This document shows positions 44,901 to 54,800 of a DNA stretch of 64,000 nt, in pieces. The notes below the pieces were generated by a model. The model was given only the letters and a program-made list of their open reading frames with translations. It was not told where the DNA came from and made no database searches. The DNA lies in IMG/VR virus record IMGVR_UViG_3300020147_000065, positions 62,001 through 126,000 of that record; one strand, written 5' to 3'. The first letter of the stretch is position 1, and every line of letters starts with the position of its first letter. The translations under genes and the position numbers were made by a program.

Positions 44901-47366
44901 AAGTCCACAAGAACCGATAGCGTTAGCCAACGCAGGTAAAGCTATTGTTACAGCAGTTTCATATGCTTTAACAACCGTAACTGTTCCCGGCTTGATAATC
45001 TCACAATCTGGATCGTCTGTTGATAGACTTCCTTCTGCTACAACATCTAATACGAAACACCCTTCGAGCGTCGTAGTATCCCATTCGCGTGTGAATGTAT
45101 TATAGTTGTGTCTAACCAGAGCCAATACTTCATATTCAGCTCCATCAACTCCGTTTGTGGAGTCTTGGGCACTTATGAGTAATTGACCACCAAGAGATGA
45201 AACAGACCATCCGTTATTGACGGTGTTGCTTGCAATAACGGTGTCTAAGGCTTTCCTACGAATTATCCACTGGTCTACCCACTGGATTTCCTGTAATAGA
45301 GGATAAGCATCAACAGCATGATGACCGTTTGTTGTAATAGTCTGACAGACAGAAGTTGAAGTTAGATCACTAAACTGTTCCGAACTTAATACTTCTGTTA
45401 CGGTTGTAAAACAATTACTTCCGCCCGGACACCAACGCCAAGGTTGTTCCTTATCTTTTAACTGCCAATCAATTGTGTAATTGTGGCCCGGTGTAAGTCC
45501 TTTACCTACGCCTACATTAATTACGTAACCTACTCCAGCAGACCAGTAACTACCCACAACATTCCAATCATTTGGATTTGGAACTTCTCCTGGCCAAACC
45601 AAAGAAATTACTTCATTGGTATCCGAATCTCGAACTCTCCAATATGCAATCCTACAATTAACACCAGGAATTGGATTTTGATTGCGTATTTGAAAGAAAT
45701 TAGTATCGGCACTAATGTTTACACAATTTTCATCAGGCCAACTAAAACTATCAACTGGTTCAGATGATTGAACGGGTACCGGACAGTTTGTATCTCTTAT
45801 AGCTACAGCTTCGGCCTCAGTTTCGTAAGGTCCATGTGCAGTCCAATTTTCGATAAAGAAGGGGGTTTCATAATAACCAACGAAACCTCCACCAACATTA
45901 TAATTATCTGAGTCAGGACAGAATGCATACCAACCTATTCCAGGCCATTCTGATGACATGGAAGAGGATGAACCTTGCGGAAGAGCAATACCTTCAGCAA
46001 AGTAGAAAGGATTCACGTCTCCGTTGGAGTTTACACCCGCAATGTAAATATTTAAACCATAAGTTTGTGCTGGCCACTCGGTTAAACCAAAGGTAGCAGG
46101 TGTGATCACCCAATCTTCATCATTAGGTAGGTCTTCAATTGTCTCTGCCCAACTATTATGTGTTCCAGCAATCCAAGCGTAAACTTTAGCTGTATCCCAT
46201 TCTGGAATGTCTTCGTTGCAATATTCAAGTAATGGGGTTATTACTACTTGAGTATCACTGGCCTCTTTTACAGAAATTTTTGGTTGATCCGCATAAGACC
46301 ATTTGGTGGTCATGGCGCTTGGAGTCGAGTTATATACTTCCCCACCACAATCAACCTTAGAGAGGATACGAAACTGATATTCAGTATTTGGGCAGATAAG
46401 ATCGGGTCCAATTCTTACCGCAAAAGATGGTCCATATGTACCACTACCCGTAACACTCTGTGCCGTTATCCAGTCGGTATCTCCAACCTTTCTGAATTGG
46501 AAATCATAGATGTCTGCATTGAATTCTGTATCTACAGGGAAGAATACATCAAAACCAATGTAACCATCTGGCTCTTGATACACTTGCTGATAACCGCGCG
46601 ATTGCCACACGATTGGGGCATCCATTGCAGCAGGAACAGGACAAGTTAAAGTAATACTGTCGTAGCACCCACGAGCGGTTGTTACTGTGGCAACTCGTTC
46701 TGATTCAGTGAAATTATCACCCTGAAATGTTACGAATTCCTCTCTGTTACCAGAACCAGAAGTTGTGTGAGTGTTTTCTGTGGTAGAACCATAATCATAT
46801 AGTAATTCTCCAGCATTAGATGAATATCTAACAGGATAATAAACAATATACTCAACAACTCTTGGTGAACCACTTGTATCAAAGACATCTGCCAGAGTCA
46901 TACGAAGAGGTTGATCCCAGGGAATCCAACCTTCACTAATATGCTCATTAAAGGAAACATCTACCCACTTAGCTCTGATTCTGCAATTGTAGCCACCTTC
47001 AACCCAGTTTGGTACTATGACTGTATCTACACCACTATCTCGAGGTAAATCAACGTCTACCCAGTCATTACCTTCTTCAAGAATTGTAGGGCCATACGCT
47101 AAACCACTTGTAATATACGAATAAGTACCACTATCAACTTCAACATCGCTTTCGTCATAAGCGGTCCAGTTAACTTCATATTCACTGTCTGGTGTTAAAC
47201 CTTGTAGTGAGCGAAAGTGTGATAATAATACACCAGTGAAGCTACCCACGGGAGTAGGATTGCCGACGGGGTTAACCGTGAAATCATAATGATGAACGGA
47301 AACATCAGATTCGCAGCGGAATACTGTAATATGAGATGCGTTGGCTACTACTGAAACATTAATCAT
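41928..47366 (-). CDS. Large FN3/Ig-like repeat virion protein with Ser-rich linker
   Basis: FN3 signatures GLTPDSEYEV, GLSPSTLYYF, GLTPDTEYFFRA, NLTPGDQYDLR; Ser-rich region. Confidence 0.75.
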   Translation of the reverse strand: MINVSVVANASHITVFRCESDVSVHHYDFTVNPVGNPTPVGSFTGVLLSHFRSLQGLTPDSEYEVNWTAYDESDVEVDSGTYSYITSGLAYGPTILEEGNDWVDVDLPRDSGVDTVIVPNWVEGGYNCRIRAKWVDVSFNEHISEGWIPWDQPLRMTLADVFDTSGSPRVVEYIVYYPVRYSSNAGELLYDYGSTTENTHTTSGSGNREEFVTFQGDNFTESERVATVTTARGCYDSITLTCPVPAAMDAPIVWQSRGYQQVYQEPDGYIGFDVFFPVDTEFNADIYDFQFRKVGDTDWITAQSVTGSGTYGPSFAVRIGPDLICPNTEYQFRILSKVDCGGEVYNSTPSAMTTKWSYADQPKISVKEASDTQVVITPLLEYCNEDIPEWDTAKVYAWIAGTHNSWAETIEDLPNDEDWVITPATFGLTEWPAQTYGLNIYIAGVNSNGDVNPFYFAEGIALPQGSSSSMSSEWPGIGWYAFCPDSDNYNVGGGFVGYYETPFFIENWTAHGPYETEAEAVAIRDTNCPVPVQSSEPVDSFSWPDENCVNISADTNFFQIRNQNPIPGVNCRIAYWRVRDSDTNEVISLVWPGEVPNPNDWNVVGSYWSAGVGYVINVGVGKGLTPGHNYTIDWQLKDKEQPWRWCPGGSNCFTTVTEVLSSEQFSDLTSTSVCQTITTNGHHAVDAYPLLQEIQWVDQWIIRRKALDTVIASNTVNNGWSVSSLGGQLLISAQDSTNGVDGAEYEVLALVRHNYNTFTREWDTTTLEGCFVLDVVAEGSLSTDDPDCEIIKPGTVTVVKAYETAVTIALPALANAIGSCGLTLETLEYSPDNGVTWAPYGVYGSVRPSEVTLYPPFIEVVQGATYKVRLRANNSYTNEEVVGDPATFTFAEVKDTFCGNDPSFAGTTVISDDTEQVISPYVPATVTDEDDWLAYPTENNWALYNGQGLVLQGALGSYFDVTKDVTSTYEYTAKLPPGLLYPGIYQLRFLYEDEESVHSNLFCIEVQDEEVTECSSGNYRYLHPGGGAMVPESTAPIAWLSADHWEVRDSSNATVSAGRIGVNGTPGFKAGIKGSGQISLFVPVAAVEANDYKVYVKTLDGRCAMATFDVVESNPCSEPVIACEATPPEVEAGSYIDFSLYDGLCPTVNGSVLATGWTLRHIDSGYFWTEAPGVEDNGFTATILNDAARSWGLTTPFDAPDGIYELRGRVAGGACFSGCLRINGASLSSNSDSSDETSISSEELISSSVSSDSLESSSNLESDPASSDPASSDPASSDPDTSSEPVSSNPVSSDEPDSSSSSDSMSSESEQSLVSSESSDSNSGGGDCESPDKPGNLILVSKTDTTVTVTLPALPENASSLRVWKAPHFNGPWTETDSTDYAGGATVNITGLSPSTLYYFAAVAWLNSDPPQARRGLSLAVTTNIAAPAVPGLVTAGLIGRYTIDLILPALPARATGLYLEYSLDGDTWNRIEDSSGEVSFDGGDEYTLEGLTPDTEYFFRAVSWNTTDEVEGPESSATTLKLAAGLPGEVIYDNVEASRMDIVIDWNYPIRCDDLTLYRYTNSGRTVMKAAVAPWANGTVVVINLKNLTPGDQYDLRWVASNNSGEVLGPLAGQVMNLTETALTPLKQDAPLHIGDITNVFGVSGSFSHHQVFIQSAPWKESSSHPIDGVELWRAEKTSTPDYGTTPIHEWLAPADKPDDVLELPDPLTAENLPVGSYIDFLGRGRKYLYKVRAYNLIVNEEDETVKQYGDYSEVLEVDLISQSATINITTPDENEYVYFIRRITMVVTDEDGHSHEEISVRGLPVGSRVD
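43531..43584. repeat. 15-bp tandem repeat, about 3.6 copies (encodes SDPAS on the minus strand)
   Basis: GGGTCGCTTGATGCA x3 plus GGGTCGCTT. Confidence 0.95.
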
Positions 47367-48314
47367 TTATACTCTCACTGCTCCTGATGGTGTAGTCCAG
47401 TTAGCATCAAAAGGAGATTCACCGTTGTTTAAGACCATTCTATAAGTAATAGTCCAACGACCATCTGGTAGTCTGTATTTTCTGAAAATTTCTATATTCC
47501 CATCTGCATAAGGAGATTGTACAAAAGCAGTAGGCCCATACCAGTATGCACAACTACCATCCTGATATTCCCAACGGAATTCATACCATCTACCATTGGC
47601 AATATAGTGAACAACTTCGGTAGGTGTTCCTTCGATAACTTCAATAATTCTATAGCGATCAAGAATGTAACCCGTTGTGGTTCCAGCACCAACTTCTATA
47701 TCCATTGTGCTTAGTTCAGAGAAGTTAACGAAACCCCAGTTAGCTTGGCTTCCGGTGGCACCGGGAGGGGTGCCACCTGTGGGACCATTAACCCATCTCA
47801 TACCTAATCTTACAGCAGATGCTCCAGTCCCAGCAATAAAATCGGATTGAGGTGCAGCAATGGTAAGGTAGCAGTGTTCGCCACAAGTGTTTACCAAACT
47901 CAGATCAGGCAAACCAGGTGTAGGAGCAACCATACCATCCATCGTCGCAACTTCATCTGGATCGGGGACGTAATCTATATCAGTGACTACTGAACCCTGT
48001 GAACTTTGGTTAGAACTTGAGTCTTCATACCATATACGATATGTTGCGTTTATAACAACGTTTTGAATTGTAAACGATGTCACAGAGCCATTTATGGAAC
48101 CCAAAACCGCAGAGCTTGGTTCGATATTAGAACCACCACACTCTCCCGAAGGACCACCACAGGTACCATCTATGCTATATCGAGGATAAACGGTTTGACC
48201 TGTAGTAGAGGGGTCAGGAGGATAACCAGCACCACCATCATACGCTAAAACGTCGAATGTGATTGTTTTGGAATCATTATGAAAAACTATGTTTGAGGGA
48301 GCTGGGTATGGCAT
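47367..48314 (-). CDS. Putative virion protein (Ig/FN3-like)
   Basis: Beta-rich, Gly/Ser/Thr-rich; directly upstream of the large FN3 protein. Confidence 0.55.
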   Translation of the reverse strand: MPYPAPSNIVFHNDSKTITFDVLAYDGGAGYPPDPSTTGQTVYPRYSIDGTCGGPSGECGGSNIEPSSAVLGSINGSVTSFTIQNVVINATYRIWYEDSSSNQSSQGSVVTDIDYVPDPDEVATMDGMVAPTPGLPDLSLVNTCGEHCYLTIAAPQSDFIAGTGASAVRLGMRWVNGPTGGTPPGATGSQANWGFVNFSELSTMDIEVGAGTTTGYILDRYRIIEVIEGTPTEVVHYIANGRWYEFRWEYQDGSCAYWYGPTAFVQSPYADGNIEIFRKYRLPDGRWTITYRMVLNNGESPFDANWTTPSGAVRV

Positions 48315-48323
48315 TTAATTACC

Positions 48324-48914
48324 TTATCGGGTGTGATGTACTGCGAAAGTGTCCAGATATTCATCTGGATTATAAATCTCTCCAGGAGCACCTTTTATGA
48401 AAGCTGGTTCATGAACTCTAACAATTGTTTTGAGCGGAAGCATATATCTGCTAAACCATGCTGAGCCGGTTTGTGCGTATAATGGTAAATGCTTACAATT
48501 TTCGATATTACCTGCAACATCTTCTACCATTTGCCCCACCGTGGGATGCCCTTGAACGAAACCAAATATAGAATTGGTAAATGGACGAATGGCATCAGGT
48601 TGAATAGAAGCGATGAAACCTTCATACTTCAATAGATATTGAATAGGATGCAGACATTGATAATCCATGTCTGCATAGATTCCACCATACTTGCTTATTA
48701 ACTCAAGACGAAGAACATCCGAACGTATTAAAACGTTCGGATGAGTCTCTATTAATTCTTGATTGACGAAGCTTTCGTTCTTAATGCTATCATTCGTCCA
48801 AAGAATTACTTCTAAGTCAGGATTTATGTCTATCCAAGTCTGCATATAAAAACGCGAGATCATTGGAACTGGTTTATTTCCCAACCAGACGAGGTGTAGT
48901 TTTGGTGTTATCAT
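48324..48914 (-). CDS. Glycosyltransferase, DXD sugar-binding family (GT32/OCH1-like)
   Basis: LHLVWLG, RSDVLRLE..YGGIYADMD, TGS. Confidence 0.88.
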   Translation of the reverse strand: MITPKLHLVWLGNKPVPMISRFYMQTWIDINPDLEVILWTNDSIKNESFVNQELIETHPNVLIRSDVLRLELISKYGGIYADMDYQCLHPIQYLLKYEGFIASIQPDAIRPFTNSIFGFVQGHPTVGQMVEDVAGNIENCKHLPLYAQTGSAWFSRYMLPLKTIVRVHEPAFIKGAPGEIYNPDEYLDTFAVHHTR

Positions 48915-49530
48915 AAGTTCGGGTGCCCTCGAATTGGTGTACTCCGATGGTATCTTTCGTCACACTACCTTTTCCATCATAGTTCAACGGAATGAAATAC
49001 TTATTAGGTAACTTGATTACATGAGGTTCAATCATATCAAGTAAGTAGAATGAACCAACTGAGTATGTTATGTCTTCGTTTTTTCTTTCCTCATATCTTG
49101 CTGGAAGACCGGCGATAACTTTCGCTAACCACGGGTCTTTAGGTTCTGCGCCCATCTCACAGTTACATGGGTGTTCAGGAGTACGCATTGAGATATGCGG
49201 AGTTTTAGAGCGTATGCTATCAGGGATCGGTTTAACTGGTTCTGTATCCAGATCAATCCAAAGTCCGCCCGTTCTGTAGAGAAGTTCGTACCTTAATATG
49301 TCTGACTTTCCTCTTAGATCGTTTATTTGATCATATAAACGATAATTATTTAGAAAAGGAATTGTCTCATCTACCAAAAGATGGACTTGCCAGGTTGGGT
49401 TTAGTTCCTGCCAACGCTTATGCCATTCTAAAAGATGTTCGGGTATCGGTGATGGACCAATCCATGCTTGATAAATGATTTTAGGTATCATTTTGTAAAA
49501 TCTCCTCATAGAGAAGATAGTCTTCTCCAA
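48874..49530 (-). CDS. Glycosyltransferase, DXD sugar-binding family (GT32/OCH1-like); start probably 49491
   Basis: MIPKIIYQAWIG, KSDILRYELLY..GGLWIDLD. Confidence 0.88.
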   Translation of the reverse strand: MEKTIFSMRRFYKMIPKIIYQAWIGPSPIPEHLLEWHKRWQELNPTWQVHLLVDETIPFLNNYRLYDQINDLRGKSDILRYELLYRTGGLWIDLDTEPVKPIPDSIRSKTPHISMRTPEHPCNCEMGAEPKDPWLAKVIAGLPARYEERKNEDITYSVGSFYLLDMIEPHVIKLPNKYFIPLNYDGKGSVTKDTIGVHQFEGTRTYDNTKTTPRLVGK

Positions 49531-50539
49531 TCAGTCCTTTTAATAACGTGCCCTCAGGGTCTGCGATCCCCTGCTTGAGCCTGTGCCCCATACCAATCCC
49601 CGATTCTCCTGGTAGACCTTTTACACTTACATGTAATCCTTCATTTTGTAGAATTGTTTTATTTCCACTAAATGATCGCCACAGCGCAAGGTCAATCATT
49701 GGTCTTCCTTGCTCGGCAATTGATATTACGAATGGTTTTAATTTACCTTTAAATCCGGTTTGAGCGAGACTACTATGCTCAAAGTTCTTGATGTTTCGAT
49801 AAAGCTTTCTACTTAAATGATAATATATGGCGGGACTGTTACCTACCAAATCGTACTCTTTAAGTTTTTTCAGCATTATTTCAATGTAATTAGAAGAATA
49901 CCAGTCATCATCTTCTACGACGAGGATATAATCGGCATCTGTATGTTTTAAACCGACTTTTAGATTTTCACAGAGGCTATGACCCTCTCCGTCTTTTGGA
50001 GTTCTTTTGATAATCTTTTGTCTGTAATCTGAGTAATCATACTCCTCGTTTCCATCATTGACGACAACCCATTCAAAATTACGATGAGTTTGTCTACCCA
50101 TCCATTTTTGAGTAAGATCGAACGCCTTAGCACGATTCCTTGTGGGTGTAATCAGAGCAACTTTTTCATCAGTTTGCTCGACAGTTTCTAAGATCATCCC
50201 CGTGGTTAGCGAAACAAGAGCTACCGATCTCCATATGGATTTCTCGAACGTATATTCACCATTAACAGACATGTCTGAATTAGGATTGGTTGCTAAAAAA
50301 GACATTGCCTGTTGAACATCTTCTTTCGTCATCCATGCTTCACCACGGCCAAAGGTCACGAAATCATATCCTTCTTCTCTACAGAGGGAAAAGAGTTCTG
50401 GAAAGTTTTCAACATCAATTTTTGGTACACTCTTGATTCTATATGTTTCAAAATAAGGCAGGTAATTTCCTTGAATAATTGAAACAATTTCAGAAGTTAT
50501 TTTACCTTCGACAACAATCAATATTCCCTGGTGGTTCAT
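49481..50539 (-). CDS. Glycosyltransferase family 2 (GT-A)
   Basis: ALITPTRNR, EWVVVNDG, VEDDDWY. Confidence 0.85.
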   Translation of the reverse strand: MNHQGILIVVEGKITSEIVSIIQGNYLPYFETYRIKSVPKIDVENFPELFSLCREEGYDFVTFGRGEAWMTKEDVQQAMSFLATNPNSDMSVNGEYTFEKSIWRSVALVSLTTGMILETVEQTDEKVALITPTRNRAKAFDLTQKWMGRQTHRNFEWVVVNDGNEEYDYSDYRQKIIKRTPKDGEGHSLCENLKVGLKHTDADYILVVEDDDWYSSNYIEIMLKKLKEYDLVGNSPAIYYHLSRKLYRNIKNFEHSSLAQTGFKGKLKPFVISIAEQGRPMIDLALWRSFSGNKTILQNEGLHVSVKGLPGESGIGMGHRLKQGIADPEGTLLKGLIGEDYLLYEEILQNDT

Positions 50540-51888
50540 TTCTTCTCCAAAACAGTGAGTCCGTGGTTGTTAGTTAGGTACATCTGTAGTCGCCAGTCGG
50601 AATTTGCTTTTAGGAACTCAGCGATGGCTCTCCATACTCCCTCTTCTTTACCTTCACCATTATCACCATATGTTGTGGTGTCATGCAAAACAATGTACTT
50701 CTTTGCTTTCGAGGCATGTTTGTTCAAATCAGCTTTCATGCGTGAATATGTATGTGGTGTATCAATGAAAAGAAGATCGGTTTCAGGAATATCTGTTTCC
50801 TGACTATCATTCACGAAATGTCTGACGTTTACACCTATTTCTTTAGCTGCTTCTTGCACTTCTTTGAATACAGGAGAAGGTGTTTTGTCATAAGTATTTA
50901 CTACTTTTGGCCGTCCAAAGGCAAAAGCAGCAGTTGAACTTCCAAGATGTGTTCCCATTTCGGTGACACTATCACAAAGTGACGCAAGTCTGGACAGCAA
51001 TTCGATGTGCTGATTAATATCTGTTTTATCAGTAAATGCTCTGGTATAGAGCAACTTAATCTTCATTGGTTTAACCTCATACATGTTTTCGGTGACAATT
51101 GGTTTGCTACATTTCCCAGTAGCCCTCATTACCGCTTCTTCAAAGGGTAGATAATCAAACGATTTTAGAGCTGAATCCTCATAGCAATTATATACGCGAC
51201 AACCAGAAGCTTCCATTGCCGGTCTAATTGCTGAGAGTCGGTCGTTTAAAATCTTGTAAGTTCGGTTGTTGTTTCTAATTGAACCAGAAGAACGATATTG
51301 TGGAAAAGCGTAATTGTTTGTTTGGTCGACACTCATTTTGAAATCGGCACCAAGCAGATAAATCTCCCCTGCCCCAAGCCACCAGAGCAACTTTAAAGCT
51401 ACAAGGAAAACGCTTCTGCTACCCGCGTGACCAAATTCATCAACTTCCTTCTCAGAATTTCCCCAGTTAAATGTTTCCTCTTTAAGAAAAGAAGAACTGG
51501 AATATTTAGCATTTCTCCGATAATACAAAACCGATGGAGAATCTAAAACTGTTTGAGATGATGGTATGATGGCCCCATCTTCATTTCTACATGAAAGCCT
51601 GGCACCCTTGTGCCCCTCAGGAGCGAATTTAATTATTTGAGGGTCTTGCCATATATGTTCAAGGAAGTTTGTTGGACTATCTACAAAAGTCCAGAAGTTG
51701 GGTCTGAACACCGCAGGTGAATTGTTCAGACCCATTGTAACGATTCCTCTTTGATTAAGTAAATCTAAGTTGAGGTCGTTTAAAGATGGTCCACTGGCAA
51801 TAAGAAATGCCGGTGAACCATTCAATAAACCCTCAAGAGGAACACGTTGTGCCGTATTATTCAAAACCCAACATTTAGGTCTATCCAT
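50536..51888 (-). CDS. Fusion of a DUF115/MAF-like domain and a class I SAM methyltransferase
   Basis: IASGPSL..GLN, EIYLLGADF (N-terminal half); EMGT..GSST, DLLFIDTPH, IVLHDT, GV..AI.EFL (C-terminal half). Confidence 0.8.
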   Translation of the reverse strand: MDRPKCWVLNNTAQRVPLEGLLNGSPAFLIASGPSLNDLNLDLLNQRGIVTMGLNNSPAVFRPNFWTFVDSPTNFLEHIWQDPQIIKFAPEGHKGARLSCRNEDGAIIPSSQTVLDSPSVLYYRRNAKYSSSSFLKEETFNWGNSEKEVDEFGHAGSRSVFLVALKLLWWLGAGEIYLLGADFKMSVDQTNNYAFPQYRSSGSIRNNNRTYKILNDRLSAIRPAMEASGCRVYNCYEDSALKSFDYLPFEEAVMRATGKCSKPIVTENMYEVKPMKIKLLYTRAFTDKTDINQHIELLSRLASLCDSVTEMGTHLGSSTAAFAFGRPKVVNTYDKTPSPVFKEVQEAAKEIGVNVRHFVNDSQETDIPETDLLFIDTPHTYSRMKADLNKHASKAKKYIVLHDTTTYGDNGEGKEEGVWRAIAEFLKANSDWRLQMYLTNNHGLTVLEKK

Positions 51889-51889
51889 C

Positions 51890-54800
51890 TTAAATAATCC
51901 GAGCGATTGCCGGGACCTTCATCCTTTCTAATTGTGGTGCTGCCAGAACTATGACTTCGATACCCCTACTATATGGTTGAGGTGTCTTAGTTAATCTTTC
52001 AAAGCGCACACGTTTATTAAAAGTCTTCAATAGAGCTGACTGTTCGGTTGGATCAAAGTTGCCTGATTCATCCTTAGTAATAGGAATATAGTCTTCTTCC
52101 CTTGCTTCACGATACCAGGCAATTCGATAACGCCGATCCAATTCGGTCAAGCGATGATCGAGTGTCGTATCAACCAACTCAAACATATTCACCGGTGCTC
52201 CATGAGGAGGTAAGTAAATAATCTTCCAGAGTGTTCCTGGCGGCATTCCTTTTTCTGCGTCGTCGGCATCATCAGGATCACAAGGTACAAACACACCAGC
52301 GATAATTTTACCAACCACAGGTTTGTCTCCAATCAATCTGATGACTGGACAAGTAACCGGATTGTAAGGAAAACCAATTATGACTGGACAATATCGAGAA
52401 TTCCATCCGAGTAAAATTCCTCGTCCATATGCTGGATCATTTGGATCGTATGGAAGTGAGCCGGTTGTCAGACAGTAAGATAATCTACTACCTGAAACAA
52501 ACTTTTCAAGATATACACCTGATGCTGTGTCACTTGGAATCCAGCATTCCCCATCCCATACAATGTAAGGAGGTAAACAGCTCAAGTCGGTGATTCCATA
52601 TACTGTTTGCAACAAACTCCTTTCAATCCAGAAGCAGACTCCGTCATCCCATTGAAGTGTTGCAGGTTGAATATAACGTGGGCACCAGGGATCGGTTGCT
52701 CCACTACCAATTGCAATACCAGGATAGGAAATCAAATCATAGGTACTGGGTAATGAACCATTTTGGATATAACACATCGTGTCTACACTCAATTGCTGTT
52801 CAAGATAAACTTGATTATCAGCAACTTCCGTAGCTGGCACCCAACATAAAGTATTATTGTTGAGCACAAGATATTGTGGTAAATCAGAAGGCTCAAGACC
52901 AAAAGAATCAAGGTAATCAATTAGGATACAAAAGTCTTCGGAACATCCACGAGGAACGATTGGTGGTCCAACCTCTGTCGAGCACCACTTGTTTCCGCAG
53001 ATAGCCAGAGCACGGTTATCCCAGTCTGTTACATCATAAGGCCATTCAGGACTTAGATTTCCAACTTCCTTGAGTTCATAACAAAATCTTTCTGTCCCAA
53101 CAGTCTTTTCGAGATATAACCCCGTGGTTGGCTCACTTGTTTCTGGTACCCAGCACTGTGAACCACTAAGCCATGATAGAAAATCAGGTAATAGTTCGAC
53201 TCGTATACCATAATGGTAACGAAGCTCGGCAATTTTACCACAGAAAGAATTAGTACTTGGTCGCCATACTATGATAGGCACTTCTGTCTTCTTAGTACAC
53301 CACGGACCATCAATGGTGACGAAGGAAATACCACCATACCCATCCACGGGACAGTTAGGTTCAGGTGTAGAGCCTTGTACTAAAGAATAACATACAAGAT
53401 CACCATTAACAGATAACTCAAGATAGCTCACCGAAGTATCCGTCGGCTCCGTGGCCGACGGAAGCCAACAACCCGTTACGGAATCCCATACAAGGAAGGG
53501 AGGAAGCATATTGGGAGTAATACCGAAATCTCTTTCTAAAAGTTCTTTATCAATACAGTAGCAGGTACATCTGTCACAACTACAATACCACGTTGGTGAA
53601 TCATAGTCTACAGGACACCACTCATGGTCGTTTCTGAGTAATCCTCGATTACACCAGTCACTTGCGTCATAAGGTAATGAACCTGTGCCCTGATAAATTA
53701 CTTCGGTTGCTGTTACACTCTTCGTCAAAGAGTAATCAGTTGTAGCTACATCATTGTCCCAGCAATAACCCTGGAAATTGATTACAGCATCTAATAAAGA
53801 ATCAGTTGGCTCAAGACCATAACGATACTTTAAATTCTCTATGCTAACAACAAACTGATCATCAGCATCACGATAGATGAGTAATGTTTGTGGGCGAGGT
53901 CTTACTCCCCACGGTGATAAACCACCATATTGAATAGCATCATTGGTGTCTGCGGTTATTGCATATGGTAAGGCTCCACCAGGTACGTATACAATACGGT
54001 CTGGTGTAGCAAGAATCTGTTTTTCAAGGAATGTAGTACCGGCGATGTCCGAAGGTACCCACTCATCTACTTCCCAGTTAAGGTAATCCGGTAAGCTATC
54101 GGACGAGTTGATATAAAGCCGTGACTTCACATCGAAGTCAAGCATTACGAATCCGGCGTCATCAGCATCGTAAACAAATGCGAAATTGTCTTCCGGCATT
54201 CTCTCAGGGCAGGGCGCACAATAAGATACTTTTCCGTTTGTTATTGTGCGCGTGAGATAAAACGTGTTGTCTTCCGGTGGATTGTTTTTCAACACCCATT
54301 CTCCATCGAGCCACCACCAATAAGGAGCGAAGTCCTCTATGTTCCCGGTGTTCTTTGGGAAACGTAAACCGCCGCAGTTGGCCAAAATCTCCTGAAAAGC
54401 GGCACCTGCACCGGCACCACTTCTTTCTGTTTCGAGATATTGGCCACCAGTTGTTGCGGCGTAATCTTGCATGATCTCAACAATTCTCTGGTTATAGTAA
54501 GTGGGAACATAAACCGCGGAAACAAGGATGCCTTTTTCCATAGCTTTTACAGCCATTTCATGAGCGAAGACATCGTCTCGACCATCTTCATAACCTGATA
54601 TGCCAATATCATGGGGATGAGCGTCAGTTACCAGAATAGCAATCTTTAAGACATTTTTCCTAAATGGGGTAAAGTCTCCATTCTGACCTGGGCGTTCTGC
54701 TAACTCATCTACAACCGTTTGTAATGCGGCGGACGAGGCTTCAGGCTCGTCGCCACCGCCGCCAGCCGTTAGCGCGGAAATAGCAGCAATTACATCGTTG

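Noticed and set aside
47364-47369. In-frame TAA-ATG junction suggesting read-through into a protein of over 2100 aa
   Set aside because: The same junction occurs at 2064/2065, 11603/11604 and 22132/22133 between unrelated genes, so it is ordinary tight packing
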